Source: Octopus vulgaris (lineage: Eukaryota). From it: DNA of 64,000 nt. The stretch spans positions 209,808,001 through 209,872,000 of the forward strand of contig OX597814.1 in assembly GCA_951406725.2 (NCBI GenBank), read 5' to 3'. Made by a program: the position numbers and the translations under genes. This document shows positions 1 through 11,989 of this stretch, piece after piece. Below the pieces are notes generated by a model. The model had not been told where the DNA came from. It was given only the letters and a program-made list of their open reading frames with translations, and did not search any database. Each line of letters opens with the position of its first letter. Position 1 is the stretch's first letter.

Positions 1-11
1 TCTTTCAAAGG

Positions 12-230
12 TTGAGTCGCGTGGTTAAGTGGTTTGTGCATTGGACTCATGTACATAAGATTATGAATTCGATTTGTACTGGGCGACACGTTGGGTTCTT
101 GAGCAAAACACTTCATTTCACGTAGTTAATCCTTCGACAACCGCCATCCCATGCAGGTGAGAAATACGCATGCCATGGTAACTGGAAAACCGACCCTATG
201 AGTCTATATGACTTGGGAAGGTTCTTTGAA
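12..230 (+). mobile_element. Degraded tRNA-derived SINE, same family as 62863-63121
   Basis: Shares GGGCGAC.CGTTG.GTTCTTGAGCAAAACACTTCATTTCACGT and the later ..AAACCG.CCC.ATGAG motif with the better copy at 62863; the A/B boxes are decayed. Confidence 0.7.
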
Positions 231-571
231 CTTTAATTCTGTCAATGAATAACGTTGTCAATTAGTACTAGCTCCCTAGTTAAAATATCCATTCTTTGTT
301 AACAAGATGTTGGGTAAGTATGACAACGAGATGTGGAGTAAAAAAGACAGATGATAGCCGCTACAGGGATTTTAGTTTCCTTAAGAAGAAGCACAAACAG
401 AGATTCTACAATAATTAATTCATATGAAAAAGCAAATCATGTATTACTGATGTTTTTATTACCGTCCATCAGTAGCTTTTGTCTTTTTAATAAACGAACT
501 TTCCTTATTAATTCTTGTTTGATCTGGAGTATTGTCATCACTTTGATAATAATATACATATATGTATATGC

Positions 572-632
<61 letters not shown>

Positions 633-651
633 CATACATACATAGATACAC

Positions 652-696
<45 letters not shown>

Positions 697-699
697 CAT

Positions 700-903
700 A
701 TAAAGTTAATCCAAACAAGAAAACAAAAAGACAACAACGCGAGGATGTGGAACAAATAAAGTATTATTGGGCGCTCAGGAAAGAAGGGAAGAAGGAGGGT
801 ATGACGTTTCGAGCGGAGCTCTTCGTCGGAAACATAGGAGAAAGAAAGATCCCGAGGTGGGAGGACAGAGGGAAAAAATGCAAATGGTCTTCACGAGGTC
901 ACA
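700..903 (-). mobile_element. Penelope-like terminal fragment with a minimal hammerhead variant
   Basis: The minus strand at about 800-835 reads CCGACGA-AGAGC-TCC-GCTC-GAAAC-GTC: a hammerhead core with a 4-bp stem II and a U-to-C change in CUGANGA. The fragment is flanked by (TA)n/(CA)n. Confidence 0.55.
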
Positions 904-1155
904 TATATATATATACAGTTTTAATGATGAAGTCGAACCACATAGTACTAATTCAAAATCCTTTAATAAGATTGGGTAATGATAGTCTCTCCCGTCGGGT
1001 TCGACGAATGAGGATCCGACAAACTACATTCTCTCTGTTAGTCATAATGCGTAATATATGATAGGAAATGCACCAATACGTAAACCTTTTTCAGTTAAAG
1101 CGTTTTCAAAATTGCGGTACTGTGCATCGATTCTTAGCATAACATGAAATATCTG

Positions 1156-1156
<1 letters not shown>

Positions 1157-1253
<97 letters not shown>

Positions 1254-1254
1254 G

Positions 1255-1332
<78 letters not shown>
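1157..1332. repeat. (TCTA)n microsatellite
   Basis: Near-perfect tetranucleotide array. Confidence 0.97.
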
Positions 1333-1336
<4 letters not shown>

Positions 1337-1371
1337 ATTCTCTCTCTCTCTCTATATATATATGTATATAT

Positions 1372-1970
1372 ACGAATAAATTCTGCTAGAAAGAAGCAGA
1401 AACCGCGGTACGAGTTGTTAAAGTTATCGGTAAACGTTTTTGATTTTCACTCTCGATAAATTCATCCCCCTTTTGTGTTCCCAGCACTCGGCATCTTTAT
1501 TTAGGAGCCCTTAATTGTATAACTACATGAATAATATTTTTCTATATGAATAATATTTTTGTCTTATGACTAATTCGTCTTTTGTGCTGGGCACCTGGTA
1601 GTAAATAATATTACTGCCCTTCTTGTTTATATTCGCATACTACATGATGAATTTATTCGTAAAATTCTTCCCGGCATGCCCGTGTAAATTTTGCGTCTGC
1701 GCAGAGATTTGAAAAGTTAAGATCTGCTAGTAGTCGGGTTTAACACATAGTCCCACATCGCTGCAGACCTCGATTAAATTCAGGCGACTCGCTGATGAAG
1801 CTGGCCTTAGCAAACATATTCTGTGTTTTGCTAGAAAGAAGCAGAAACCGCGGTACGAGTTGTTAAAGTTATCGGTAAACGTTTTTGATTTTCACTCTCG
1901 ATAAATTCATCCCCCTTTTGTGTTCCCAGCACTCGGCATCTTTATTTAGGAGCCCTTAATTGTATAACTA
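1372..1970 (+). mobile_element. Penelope-like partial-tandem terminal repeat (pLTR-like) insertion
   Basis: 142-bp direct repeat at 1384-1525 and 1829-1970 (445-bp period). A short inverted piece at the left junction (ACGAATAAATTC, about 1372-1383) is the reverse complement of GAATTTATTCGT at about 1649-1660. Contains a hammerhead ribozyme and sits in (TA)n. Confidence 0.7.
1786..1861 (+). ncRNA. Type I minimal hammerhead ribozyme, apparently intact
   Basis: Stem I GACTCG (1786-1791) pairs with CGAGTT (1856-1861). Core CTGATGA 1792-1798; extended stem II (TAGCAAAC..../GTTTTGCTA); GAAAC 1844-1848; palindromic loop CGCG; GTA 1853-1855 as the cleavage triplet. Confidence 0.8.
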
Positions 1971-2972
1971 TATGTATATATATATATATAAACACACACA
2001 CACACACATCCAAACATACATGCATACATAGATATGTGTATGTGTGTGTGTGAGTGTGCGTATGTGTTTGTGTGTGTGTATGTGTGCGTATGTGTGTCTC
2101 TGTGTGCGTGAGACCTCGAAAACGTTACTTCCTTTAATTACAAAAGAAATACAAATCTTCATTGTTACTACAACAAAGATTCTATGTAGATTTTGTTAGA
2201 GAAAATCATAAGAGAGCGAACTTCATCTTAATGTAGCATGTTGAATAGTTGATATAAATTTGGTTGAGATACTATAACTCTTGTTCTCATATTTTCTTAT
2301 GACCTTGTTTACAAAAGTGAATATCTTCTATTGGAAACACTCAGTTATCATGATCCAAGAAAAGGTATACAAATTTAGGAAGAATTATATGTACATGGTA
2401 TTTCGTGCAATTCAGAGAGATCCGATGAACAAAGCTAATTCAATTTGTTACATGATTTGGCAAAGTGTCTGTGAAATTACGTGTTGCAAGTAACTCGAAA
2501 TAGGATAATTTAACACGGTTTTCTGTACAATTCCAAATCCTGGGTACTGCAGCAATACATGTATATAAGCTATAATTTTATCCATTGCATTTCATATGTT
2601 CAAATTTATTAACTTTACATATAGTCTTATTAGCAACAATGTAACCTAATACAGTCCAGTCTTATTCTGTATCCTTCTTCCCACTGACAATATTCTTTCT
2701 CGCTACTTGTCACATAGTATTTTTCTTCATATATGGAATATTTCACCAATGATACTCAATTGTAATTATGGATATTCGAGTGATTAAGATGCAGTAAATT
2801 GCAAATCCGGTACAGTTTACAGAGTTGTATATATTTACCACATTCTGCTTGATAAATCGTATACAAATACCGAAAATATTAGTGCTCGGAGATATCACAT
2901 ACACAAATAGACCGCGCATCCACTAAATACTCGTACAGTTAGTTAAAACTTGTTGTTATATAATAATAATAT

Positions 2973-2985
2973 TGATGATGATGAC

Positions 2986-3032
<47 letters not shown>

Positions 3033-3042
3033 CGATGATGAC

Positions 3043-3089
<47 letters not shown>

Positions 3090-3093
3090 CGAC

Positions 3094-3164
<71 letters not shown>

Positions 3165-3165
3165 C

Positions 3166-3206
<41 letters not shown>

Positions 3207-3222
3207 CGATGATGATGATGAC

Positions 3223-3258
<36 letters not shown>
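2973..3258. repeat. (GAT)n microsatellite of about 285 bp with GAC interruptions
   Basis: Directly visible. It gives rise to the spurious poly-D, poly-M, poly-S and poly-I ORFs. Confidence 0.97.
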
Positions 3259-3259
<1 letters not shown>

Positions 3260-3344
3260 GTAGTGATAATAATAATAATAATATTAATAATATTGATAAT
3301 AATAATAATAACAACAACAACAACAACAAAAACAACAACCATAC

Positions 3345-3688
3345 TTTTGAGACGGGTACTTGGGTGTTGAATTTCTTTCACGATAATTAACAACCAATTA
3401 TCAAAAATTAGAATGTGCGGAAAGAAACCTTGTCAGACGTCTGGCAACAGGCTGCTGTCCACTCTCACAAAATCTCAAAAAAAACCCCCAAAAAACCAGA
3501 CAGCTAGGATTTTGATACTTGGATGTTGAATACAATTATTAACAACCTAGTATCAGAGCTTATAATGTACAGAAAGAGACCCTGTGAGACCTTTCACAAC
3601 AGGCTGCTGTCTGCTCTCAAAGAATCAACTAGAACCAAAGAATCAACCAGAAAAAAAAAAAGACTGCGCTCTCTGAGAAGTAAATCAA
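3345..3688 (+). repeat. Degenerate ~165-bp tandem dimer ending in (AAT)n; possible 3' UTR of an R4/Dong-like element
   Basis: TACTTGG.TGTTGAAT...TTAACAACC...CAACAGGCTGCTGTC..CTCTCA occurs twice. The 3' end CTGCGCTC..GAAGT resembles the 3' UTR of the Dong element at about 22835-22855. Confidence 0.45.
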
Positions 3689-3715
3689 TAATAATAATAA
3701 TTATCATTATTATTT

Positions 3716-4198
3716 GTCCAGCCCATCTATACTTGCTGCGAGTATACTCTGCGATGACATCTCTCACCCCGGACTTCTTTCTGATGATGTTGCTATTTAT
3801 GTGCTCTCTCAACGAGATACCAAGCATTGACCTTTCTATGGCTCTTTGAGCCGTTATCAGTCTTTGCTCTTCTCTCTTTGTGGTAGCCCATGTTTCACTA
3901 CCATATAACATTGCAGGCAGAACTGCACTGTTAATAAAGGTTGGCGCAAGTATAGATGGGCTGGACACGTCGCCCGGCTCACCAATAATCGGTGGACGCA
4001 CGCAGTTGTCGAGTGGTACCCGCATGAGTGGAAAAGACCACCCGGAAGACCTCCACGACGGTGGAGTGACGATTTCAAGAGGACGATTGGGATCACGTGG
4101 ATGAGAAAGGCGCGATCCAGAGAGGAGTGGACAGCGTGCTGTGACCAGCGGTGTCAAATGGACGCCTGACGGACTGGTCGGTCAAAGTGATCAAAGTG
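3716..4198 (+). mobile_element. 5'-truncated, 5'-inverted RTE-clade LINE fragment with 13-bp TSD
   Basis: Minus strand 3716-3947 encodes NSAVLPAMLYGSETWATTKREEQRLITAQRAIERSMLGISLREH..KYRWAG. Plus strand 3946-4170 continues RKYRWAGHVARLTNNRWTHAVVEWYPHEWKRPPGRPPRRWSDD (RTE C-terminus). Tail (CAAAGTGAT)2. TSD ATCATTATTATTT at 3703-3715 and 4199-4211. Confidence 0.88.
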
Positions 4199-4212
4199 AT
4201 CATTATTATTTA

Positions 4213-4420
4213 AGGGGAAAAGATAGCCGAATCGTTAGCATTTCGCACGAAATACTTAGCGGCATTTCGTCCATCTTCTGAGTCCTAATTCCGCTGAAGA
4301 CGACTTTACCTTTCATCCTTTCGGGGTCGATGAATAAGTATCAGTTTTGTACTGGGTCCATGTAATTGATTTATCCCCACCCCCCAAAATGATGGCCTTC
4401 TGCCAAAATTTAAAGACATT
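4213..4420 (+). mobile_element. SINE family C (tRNA-like head GGCGGCGAGCTGGCAGAA type), degraded
   Basis: GAATCGTTAGCA..AAATACTTAGCGGCATTTCGTC..CTTTCATCCTTTCGGGGTCGAT..ATAAGTA is shared with many copies in the window. Confidence 0.75.
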
Positions 4421-4861
4421 ACTATTATGTCATTTAATTATTATACTATGGTTTCTTTTGTAGAAAATAATACACGCTTTATCATTCATATGTTTCGTAA
4501 GAAAAACTTCAGTAAGTCAAATACGAACACATATTTCAGAAATGATTGACAGTAATTATTTCGGACTTGTTCCTCAGTCATACGGTTAAGGTAGGCGAAA
4601 GCATATATGACAGTGTATCAAATGAAAACAGTATGATATAAGTAATTAAAAAAAATTTTAACTATACGTAATTTTCAGCAAAAAAAAAAAAATCGAGGGT
4701 TTAATTTAAGAATGGCAGCTCCAGATGACTTTTCATGTTATCGTGACTTCATCAAAAGGGCATAAGCCTCATCCATTTTTCTTCTGCTGTGATGCAACAG
4801 TCATCAAATGAATACACATGATTATACATTTGTGAAACAAGTGTAAATTTGCGTTAGGAAT

Positions 4862-5018
4862 GTCAGTGGCTGTGTGGTAAGTAGCTTGCTTACCAGCCAC
4901 ATTGTTCCGGGTTCATTCCCACTGCGTGGCACCTTGGGCAAGTGTCTTCTACTATAGCCTCGGGCCGACCAAAGCCTTGTGAGTGGATTTGGTAGACAGA
5001 AACTGAAAGAGGCCTCTC

Positions 5019-5069
<51 letters not shown>

Positions 5070-5289
5070 CTACCCACAAGGGGCTAAACATAGAGGGGAC
5101 AAACAAGAACAGACAAAGGGATTAAGTCGATTACATCGACCCCAGTGCGTAACTGGTACTTAATTTATCGACCCCGAATGGATGAAAGGCAAAGTCGACC
5201 TCGGCGGAATTTGAACACGGAACGTAACGACAGACGAAATACAGCTACGAATTTCGCCCGGCGTGCTAACGTTTCTACCAGCTCGCCGC

Positions 5290-5378
<89 letters not shown>

Positions 5379-5545
5379 TGTGTTTATGTTTGTGCGTCTG
5401 TGTTTGTCCCCCCCCAACTTCGCTTGACAACCGATGGTGGTGTGTTTATGTCCCTGGAACTTAGCGGTTCGGCAAAAAGACCCAATAGAATAAGTAAAAG
5501 GCTTACAAAGAATAAGTCCTGAAACAAGTAAAAGAGTAAAAGGGT
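4862..5545 (+). mobile_element. SINE family B (tRNA head plus CORE-like domain, internal (TA)n/(TG)n), interrupted by a nested SINE
   Basis: Head GTGGCTGTGTGGTAAG..GGTTCATTCCCACTGCGTGGCACCTTGGGCAAGTGTCTTCTACTATAGCC; the 3' half resumes at about 5395 (CGCTTGACAACCGATG..TTAGCGGTTCGGCAAAA). Homologous to 15920, 30098 and 47781. Confidence 0.85.
5065..5292 (-). mobile_element. SINE family C nested in the (TA)n of the family B SINE
   Basis: Minus strand reads GGCGGCGAGCTGGTAGAAACGTTAGCACGCCGGGCGAA..GTTCAAATTCCGCCGAGGTCGACTTTGCCTTTCATCC; flanked on both sides by (TA)n. Confidence 0.88.
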
Positions 5546-5614
5546 ACACGAAAATGCAAGACAAGACCATAATACGTAAAGTGTAGTCTCAAGCACTTTA
5601 CGAAAATATAAATA

Positions 5615-5828
5615 TTGGTTTAAAATTTTACCACAAGCACAGTAGTTTCGAGAGAGGGGTTAAGTCGACTGCATCAACCTAAGTGTCCAACGAGTACTTA
5701 TTCTATCGACCGCAAAAGGGATAAGATGCAAAGACGACCTCAGCGGAATTTGCAGAAGGCGCAGATGGATGGAATACCTCTAAGTGTGTTGCCCGCCGTG
5801 CTAAGGACTGTGCCAGCTCGCTGCCATC
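5615..5828 (-). mobile_element. SINE family C, degraded
   Basis: Minus strand reads GGCAGCGAGCTGGCACAG..TTAGCACGGCGGGC..AAATTCCGCTGAGGTCG. Confidence 0.75.
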
Positions 5829-6738
5829 GGAAATATGAATATGAAAACTGTAAATAAGGAATCTTTCTATTTTAGATTTCTAGTTAGGATTTAGCGATTT
5901 TTAGTTAGCTTTTAATGTTCACTATATCAAATATCTTGTCCCTAACTCAACTATCCTCTTCCACGCAGATGGCGCATCCGAATTTTCCTTATTTCTTTAT
6001 TCCAGCAAATGGTTTCTCAGAGAAGCAATATCAAAAATTTAATTGCGGAGAAATGGAGTATATCATTTATTGTATATGCGTTTGTCGCATTGAGATACAG
6101 TTTAGTCCACTAGAGAAAATATATTCACGCAACTTATACTCGCTAAATATTACTGAATTTAATCTTTATTATGACTGATATGTCTTGCAGCCATTTATAT
6201 TTCTCTTTATTAAAATTCAAAAGAGAAGAATATCAATAAGTAAGATTTATCCTCATTTATATTTGCATTTCCTCTTTACCTATGAATGTATGTATACATA
6301 TATACTTGTGTACATATATGTGTGTGGTGTGTATATATACATGTAAGCATATATTTATATATACATATATTTATGTATGTATATCTATATATGTGTGTAT
6401 ATATATATTACGTACATAGTAATTAATATTTAGATGGCAAAATATGGCTTATCATGCAATCGTATATTGGAACAGAGGGGGACAAATACACGCAGGGATA
6501 CACGCCCTCCCCCACAAACACGCACACACACACACACATATATATATGCGTGTGTATGTATGTGTGTGTGTATGTTTGTGGGTGTATTTGGGGGTTGTGC
6601 ATAATCGAGCAATCAAAGAAACATAGCTTATATGACTCACTTCATGAAATCTCATTTCATTAGCGGCAATATTTACCACATATGTCATCATTATCATTTA
6701 TTGTTGTTGTTTTTGTTGTTGCAGTTTATTATTATTAC

Positions 6739-6826
<88 letters not shown>

Positions 6827-6844
6827 GTTGTTGTTGTTATCTTT

Positions 6845-7150
6845 TTTTCTTCTTCCTAATTTGCTTCCATTTCTTGTCGAGTGTCTTCCCGACTCCTAGG
6901 GCAAAGAAACTCATAGTATACATTGGTAGGCCATTAAACTAAACTCACTAGTTCGTTCATTTTTTAATTTTTTTTAAAAGTTAAATTAAAATACATGGGT
7001 AGTAATAGTTCTCACATCGACAATGCTCTTCTCAATACGTGTGATTTACCAGTTAAGACAATCTTTTGCACTTCTTGCAGGGATGGTAAGCCAGGGATCA
7101 TTCTCATATAATTTTCTGTTCCCTTCTTGATCATTCCTAGTGCTCCTATT
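6845..7150 (-). mobile_element. 3' end of a second R4/Dong-like LINE family in (TAA)n
   Basis: IIGALGMIKKGTENYMRMIPGLPSLQEVQKIVLTGKSHVLRRALSM* (stop at 7012) is the C-terminal motif of RLE LINEs, followed by a 3' UTR. (TAT)n on both sides. Confidence 0.85.
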
Positions 7151-7179
7151 ATTATTATTATCCTCCTCCTCCTCCTCCG

Positions 7180-7252
<73 letters not shown>

Positions 7253-7254
<2 letters not shown>

Positions 7255-7460
7255 GGCTGGCAGAATCATTAGCGCGCCGGAAAAATGCTTAGTGTTATTC
7301 GTCCCTCTTTACGTTCTAAGTTCAAATCACACCGAGGCCGACTTTTCATTTCATCTCTTCGGGGTTGATAAATTAAATATCACTGAAACATTGAGACCAA
7401 TGCAATCGACTATTTCTCCGTCCAAAATTTCATGAGTTGTGCCTTTAGCAGACCCAATTA
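7253..7460 (+). mobile_element. SINE family C
   Basis: GCTGGCAGAATCATTAGCGCGCCGGAAAAATGCTTAG..GTTCAAATCACACCGAGGCCGACTTT. Confidence 0.75.
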
Positions 7461-7486
7461 TTATTATTATTATTATCATTATTATT

Positions 7487-7800
7487 GAGTGAGTGAAAGA
7501 GCAGCACATGCCATCAAAGTAACACTGGGGTACAAATATCTAAAGCCCAATACACCCAGCATGATCACCCGTTTGATAAGTGTACACACGCACATACATC
7601 ACACGTATATGTGCGTGATACGATGACCTCAGTTCAGGATAAATATCGGCTGGTCTTGCAGGTGGTTCAAGGTCAAGCAATTAAGCAAATGTGCGGTGCT
7701 GATGAGAATATTTCCTGTAGCCCATCTTTTACGCCAACATAAATCATGATAACGCTTTCCAATCAGTTGCGATCTGAAGCGAAGACAGCATTTACCATTG
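7487..7800 (-). mobile_element. Non-coding (TAA)n-tailed element, diverged copy of 8716-9020
   Basis: GAGTGA.AGAGCAG..CATGC.ATCAAAGT...CTGGGGTA.AA is shared with 8716; both abut (TAT)n at the same end. Confidence 0.7.
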
Positions 7801-7809
7801 TTTTGTGGT

Positions 7810-8010
7810 GTGTAAGGAATGCCGGGTTAAATGCTTAGCGGTATTTCGTCAGTTTTTACGCCCTGAGTTCAAATTACGATATGATTGGATTTGCCTTTCA
7901 GTTCTTGGAGTCGATAAATTAAGCACCAGTGAAACACTGCGGTCGATGTAAACGACTAGTACCCGCCTTCCAAATTTCAGCGCTTGTACCTATAGTTGAA
8001 AGGAATTGTA
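7810..8010 (+). mobile_element. SINE family C, degraded
   Basis: AAATGCTTAGCGGTATTTCGTC..GAGTTCAAATT..GTCGATAAATTAAGCACCAG. Confidence 0.7.
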
Positions 8011-8029
8011 TAACTATTATTATTGTTCT

Positions 8030-8290
8030 TGTTATTCCTTCGTAACACAGTGTAGGTAAAAAAGTATCGGAGTATTTAGTCGTCTGTCAAATCAGAACAA
8101 GGATCTCAGACAGATAATACTTTAAGATGTGCGCTGTGCCCAATAAGGAAGCTTTTTGCAAGACATCAATCTTGCATGGGATTTCTATTTACCTTAAGAC
8201 GTCTTGAAGTTTCAATGAGATTGAGCTCAACGCTCCGATCAACTCTCGTATCAAGTTTTAAATTACACTCTTACATTCCATACAGTCTTG
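8030..8290 (-). mobile_element. 3' end of a third R4/Dong-like LINE family (decayed)
   Basis: Minus strand encodes LIGALSSISLKLQDVLR*IEIPCKIDVLQKASLLGTAHILK; the QK..LLGTAHIL motif also ends the element at 22740-22765. Confidence 0.75.
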
Positions 8291-8414
8291 GTACTCTGCC
8301 CTAGGTGTCAAGAAGACAGTCGGAAATGGAAACAGAATTGGAAGATGATAATGAAAATAATAATGATAATTCTCCTTCTTCTTCTTCTTCTTCTTCTTCT
8401 TCTTCTTCTTCTTC

Positions 8415-8480
<66 letters not shown>

Positions 8481-8715
8481 ACAGTAGTGGTCGTGGTATT
8501 GATATTATTATTAATGATATCGAAAGATGTGATTATTTTTCTCGTTCTTTATGGCGTTTTCTTTTAAATTGCATCATTCAATGATCATTGTTGATGCTTT
8601 AAAAAATAACAATCCCTTTTATGGTATTTTTTAAAAATACATTTTCGACAGTATTAACGTCGTTGTCACTCTCATTCTCTTCGTTCTCATTATTATTATT
8701 ATTATTATTATCATT

Positions 8716-9020
8716 GAGTGAGAGAGCAGTGCATGCTATCAAAGTGAGACTGGGGTAAAATATACGAAGCCCAATATACCCATCATGACTACCCGTCTGA
8801 TAAGGGTATACCAGGCACATGCATCACAACCATATGTGCGCGACATGGTGATCTCATATCAAGATAAACAGCACATGACCTTGCAAGTGGGGCCCAGTTA
8901 CAATTTTTCTCTGGTTGAGTAACTCATCCCGCTCAAAAGGTCCCTGAATAAGGGTTGTTTAAGGATGTTGAAAGAACCACCCATGTTTCCAGAGGTGAAT
9001 TATTCAAACCCCAAAGAATC
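8716..9020 (-). mobile_element. Non-coding (TAA)n-inserted element (SINE-like or long LINE 3' UTR)
   Basis: Complex 305-bp segment bounded on both sides by (TAT)n; homologous to 7487-7800. Confidence 0.7.
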
Positions 9021-9174
<154 letters not shown>

Positions 9175-10328
9175 CATCATTATTATTATTATTATTATCA
9201 TTATTATTATTATTTATCACTAATACTAATACGATTATCATTATAATTGCTGTCGTCGTCCTTGTTATCTTTGTCGATGTTGTGTTTTGCAGAAAAAGAA
9301 AATGGGGAAAACAAATTTACTCATTTTAAGATATAACGAAAATCATCTCAGATGAAAGATGAAAGAGATTGAATAGTATATATAAAAAAAAAACTTTAAA
9401 AAAAAATACAACAACCTAAAGCAAAAAAAAAAGAACCCAGGAAAATTCAAGACAGGAAGCTTTAGTACACATGCTAAACTGAATAGAAACACAAAGAATT
9501 GCAGACATTTTCAAATACCTACTGTATATAAGAAATAACACTCACACATACACACGTATCTATGTTTGTATACTCATATACTATATATGTATAGGCGTAT
9601 ATATATAAGTATGTCAGAATAATTGTAAGACTATACGCAGACATATATATACACATACTCTCAAAACAATCGCGACTCTAGAACTTTTTTCTGCTATGTT
9701 TGATGCATATCTTGCAGTATGTATGTATGTATGTATGTATGTATGTGTGTATGTATGTATGCATGTATGTATGTATGTATGTATGTATGCATGTATGTAA
9801 GTATGTATGTATGTATGTATGTGTATGTGTGTAACTATCTTACTATCTATCTAGCTACACATCTATCTACCTATATATTATGTAAATATATGTGCATGTG
9901 TGTTTGTATGCATACATATATATATATATATATATATGTATACAGATTCACACACACATATATGTCTATTATATATACATGCACACACATGTACATATGC
10001 AGCAATGAGAATATATAATTTAAGTTAAACATTTACTTGAATAAGTATACATTCAATCTGTACTCGTAAATAATGACAAAAATATATAGAAATGCTAAAA
10101 AACATATGATCAGATTGATCACATGGACAATATGCATAGTTCTGTTTTTTTTTTTGTATACATAGGCATTGCAGTAACTTTTACATTTTTCTCTGTAAGC
10201 GTGCAATTACAACTTTTTGTATTTCTCTATCTATCTGTCAATCTATTTATCCATGTACGTACGTGCATATCTACATCTCTAAATTTAGCTAGCTATGACT
10301 TATACACGCACTGACATATACACATTTG

Positions 10329-10607
<279 letters not shown>

Positions 10608-11051
10608 GTAAAAAAGAAACCCGCTACCATTCGAGGAAGAGATATTTGCATATATGCATGCATATATATCTACATACAAACGTACATATTTGTAACTATG
10701 TACATGAACGACCAAATATATATGTGGCTGTGTGTGTATGTGATCAGTTGTGTCACGTTGATAATTGTTTACGTTTCTTTATTGTGTGCACATCTATGGC
10801 AGGTCCTTGTACGTATATGTATGAATATAAATTTATACATGTGTGCCTATCTGTGCACGCATATACATATATATATACATATGCGTATAGCAATGTACAT
10901 ACTTTCACACTGATGCACATACACATTCATACACTCGCACATACATACACACACGCACACAAACATAGAGAGACACAGACAGACTGACAGACAGATAGAT
11001 AGATAGACAGACAGACAGATAGATAGATAGACAGACAGACACACATACACA

Positions 11052-11123
<72 letters not shown>

Positions 11124-11239
11124 ACATCAATATCCGTGTTTTATACGAAAATAATTGATATATTTACATGAATATAGATCTATATATATTTGCAGAGACA
11201 AACAAAGTACAATATGTGTGTGTCTGCGTTTGTGTGTTA

Positions 11240-11296
<57 letters not shown>

Positions 11297-11989
11297 ATAC
11301 ATAGATATATATACACATATATATGTATACATACATATATGTATGAAACATATATCTTTGTATATATATATCTATGTATACATAGATATATATATATATG
11401 CATAACACACAAACACAGACACACACACATATACACAGACACACACACACGTATATATATATATATATATATATATCTATATGTACATGGACATTGTTGC
11501 GAATGTTCTTCCAAATATAATTCCAATTATATTTGGAATTGCACATAGCTTTAGTTAGAAAATTGTAGCTTAAGCACTGAAGATTTCTTTTCGCTTTTGT
11601 GGTTTTTACAACATAATTGGATGACTTATATTTCCTTAATCCTGTAATTTCTGGCCGTGAATACACACACATACACATACATATATGCACATATACGCGC
11701 AGACGTACAAACACACATATACATACACGCATATGTGTACGCACAAATGGAGACATACACATACATACACGCGCACACAAATATTAAATGATATTTATCT
11801 ACTGCAGGATGGAATATGGATTTTGTTGATCGTCTCTGTAAAGGAACAGTATAGTATATATATATATATATATATATATGCTTCTGTATGTATGTGTATA
11901 TACGTGTTTGTATGCATGTGTGTTCGTACGTATGTACGTCTACATTCAAAATTTACGTTTGCAACGGAAAGAGGATACAATGGGTAATT

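Noticed and set aside
1384-1970. LTR retrotransposon or TRIM interpretation of the 142-bp direct repeats
   Set aside because: No TG..CA ends, primer-binding site, polypurine tract or TSD; the hammerhead and short junction inversion fit a Penelope-type structure better.
2950-3390. 146-aa poly-Asp ORF resembling acidic biomineralisation proteins
   Set aside because: No signal peptide, ATG start or splice context; it grades into (AAT)n/(AAC)n like the other microsatellites here.
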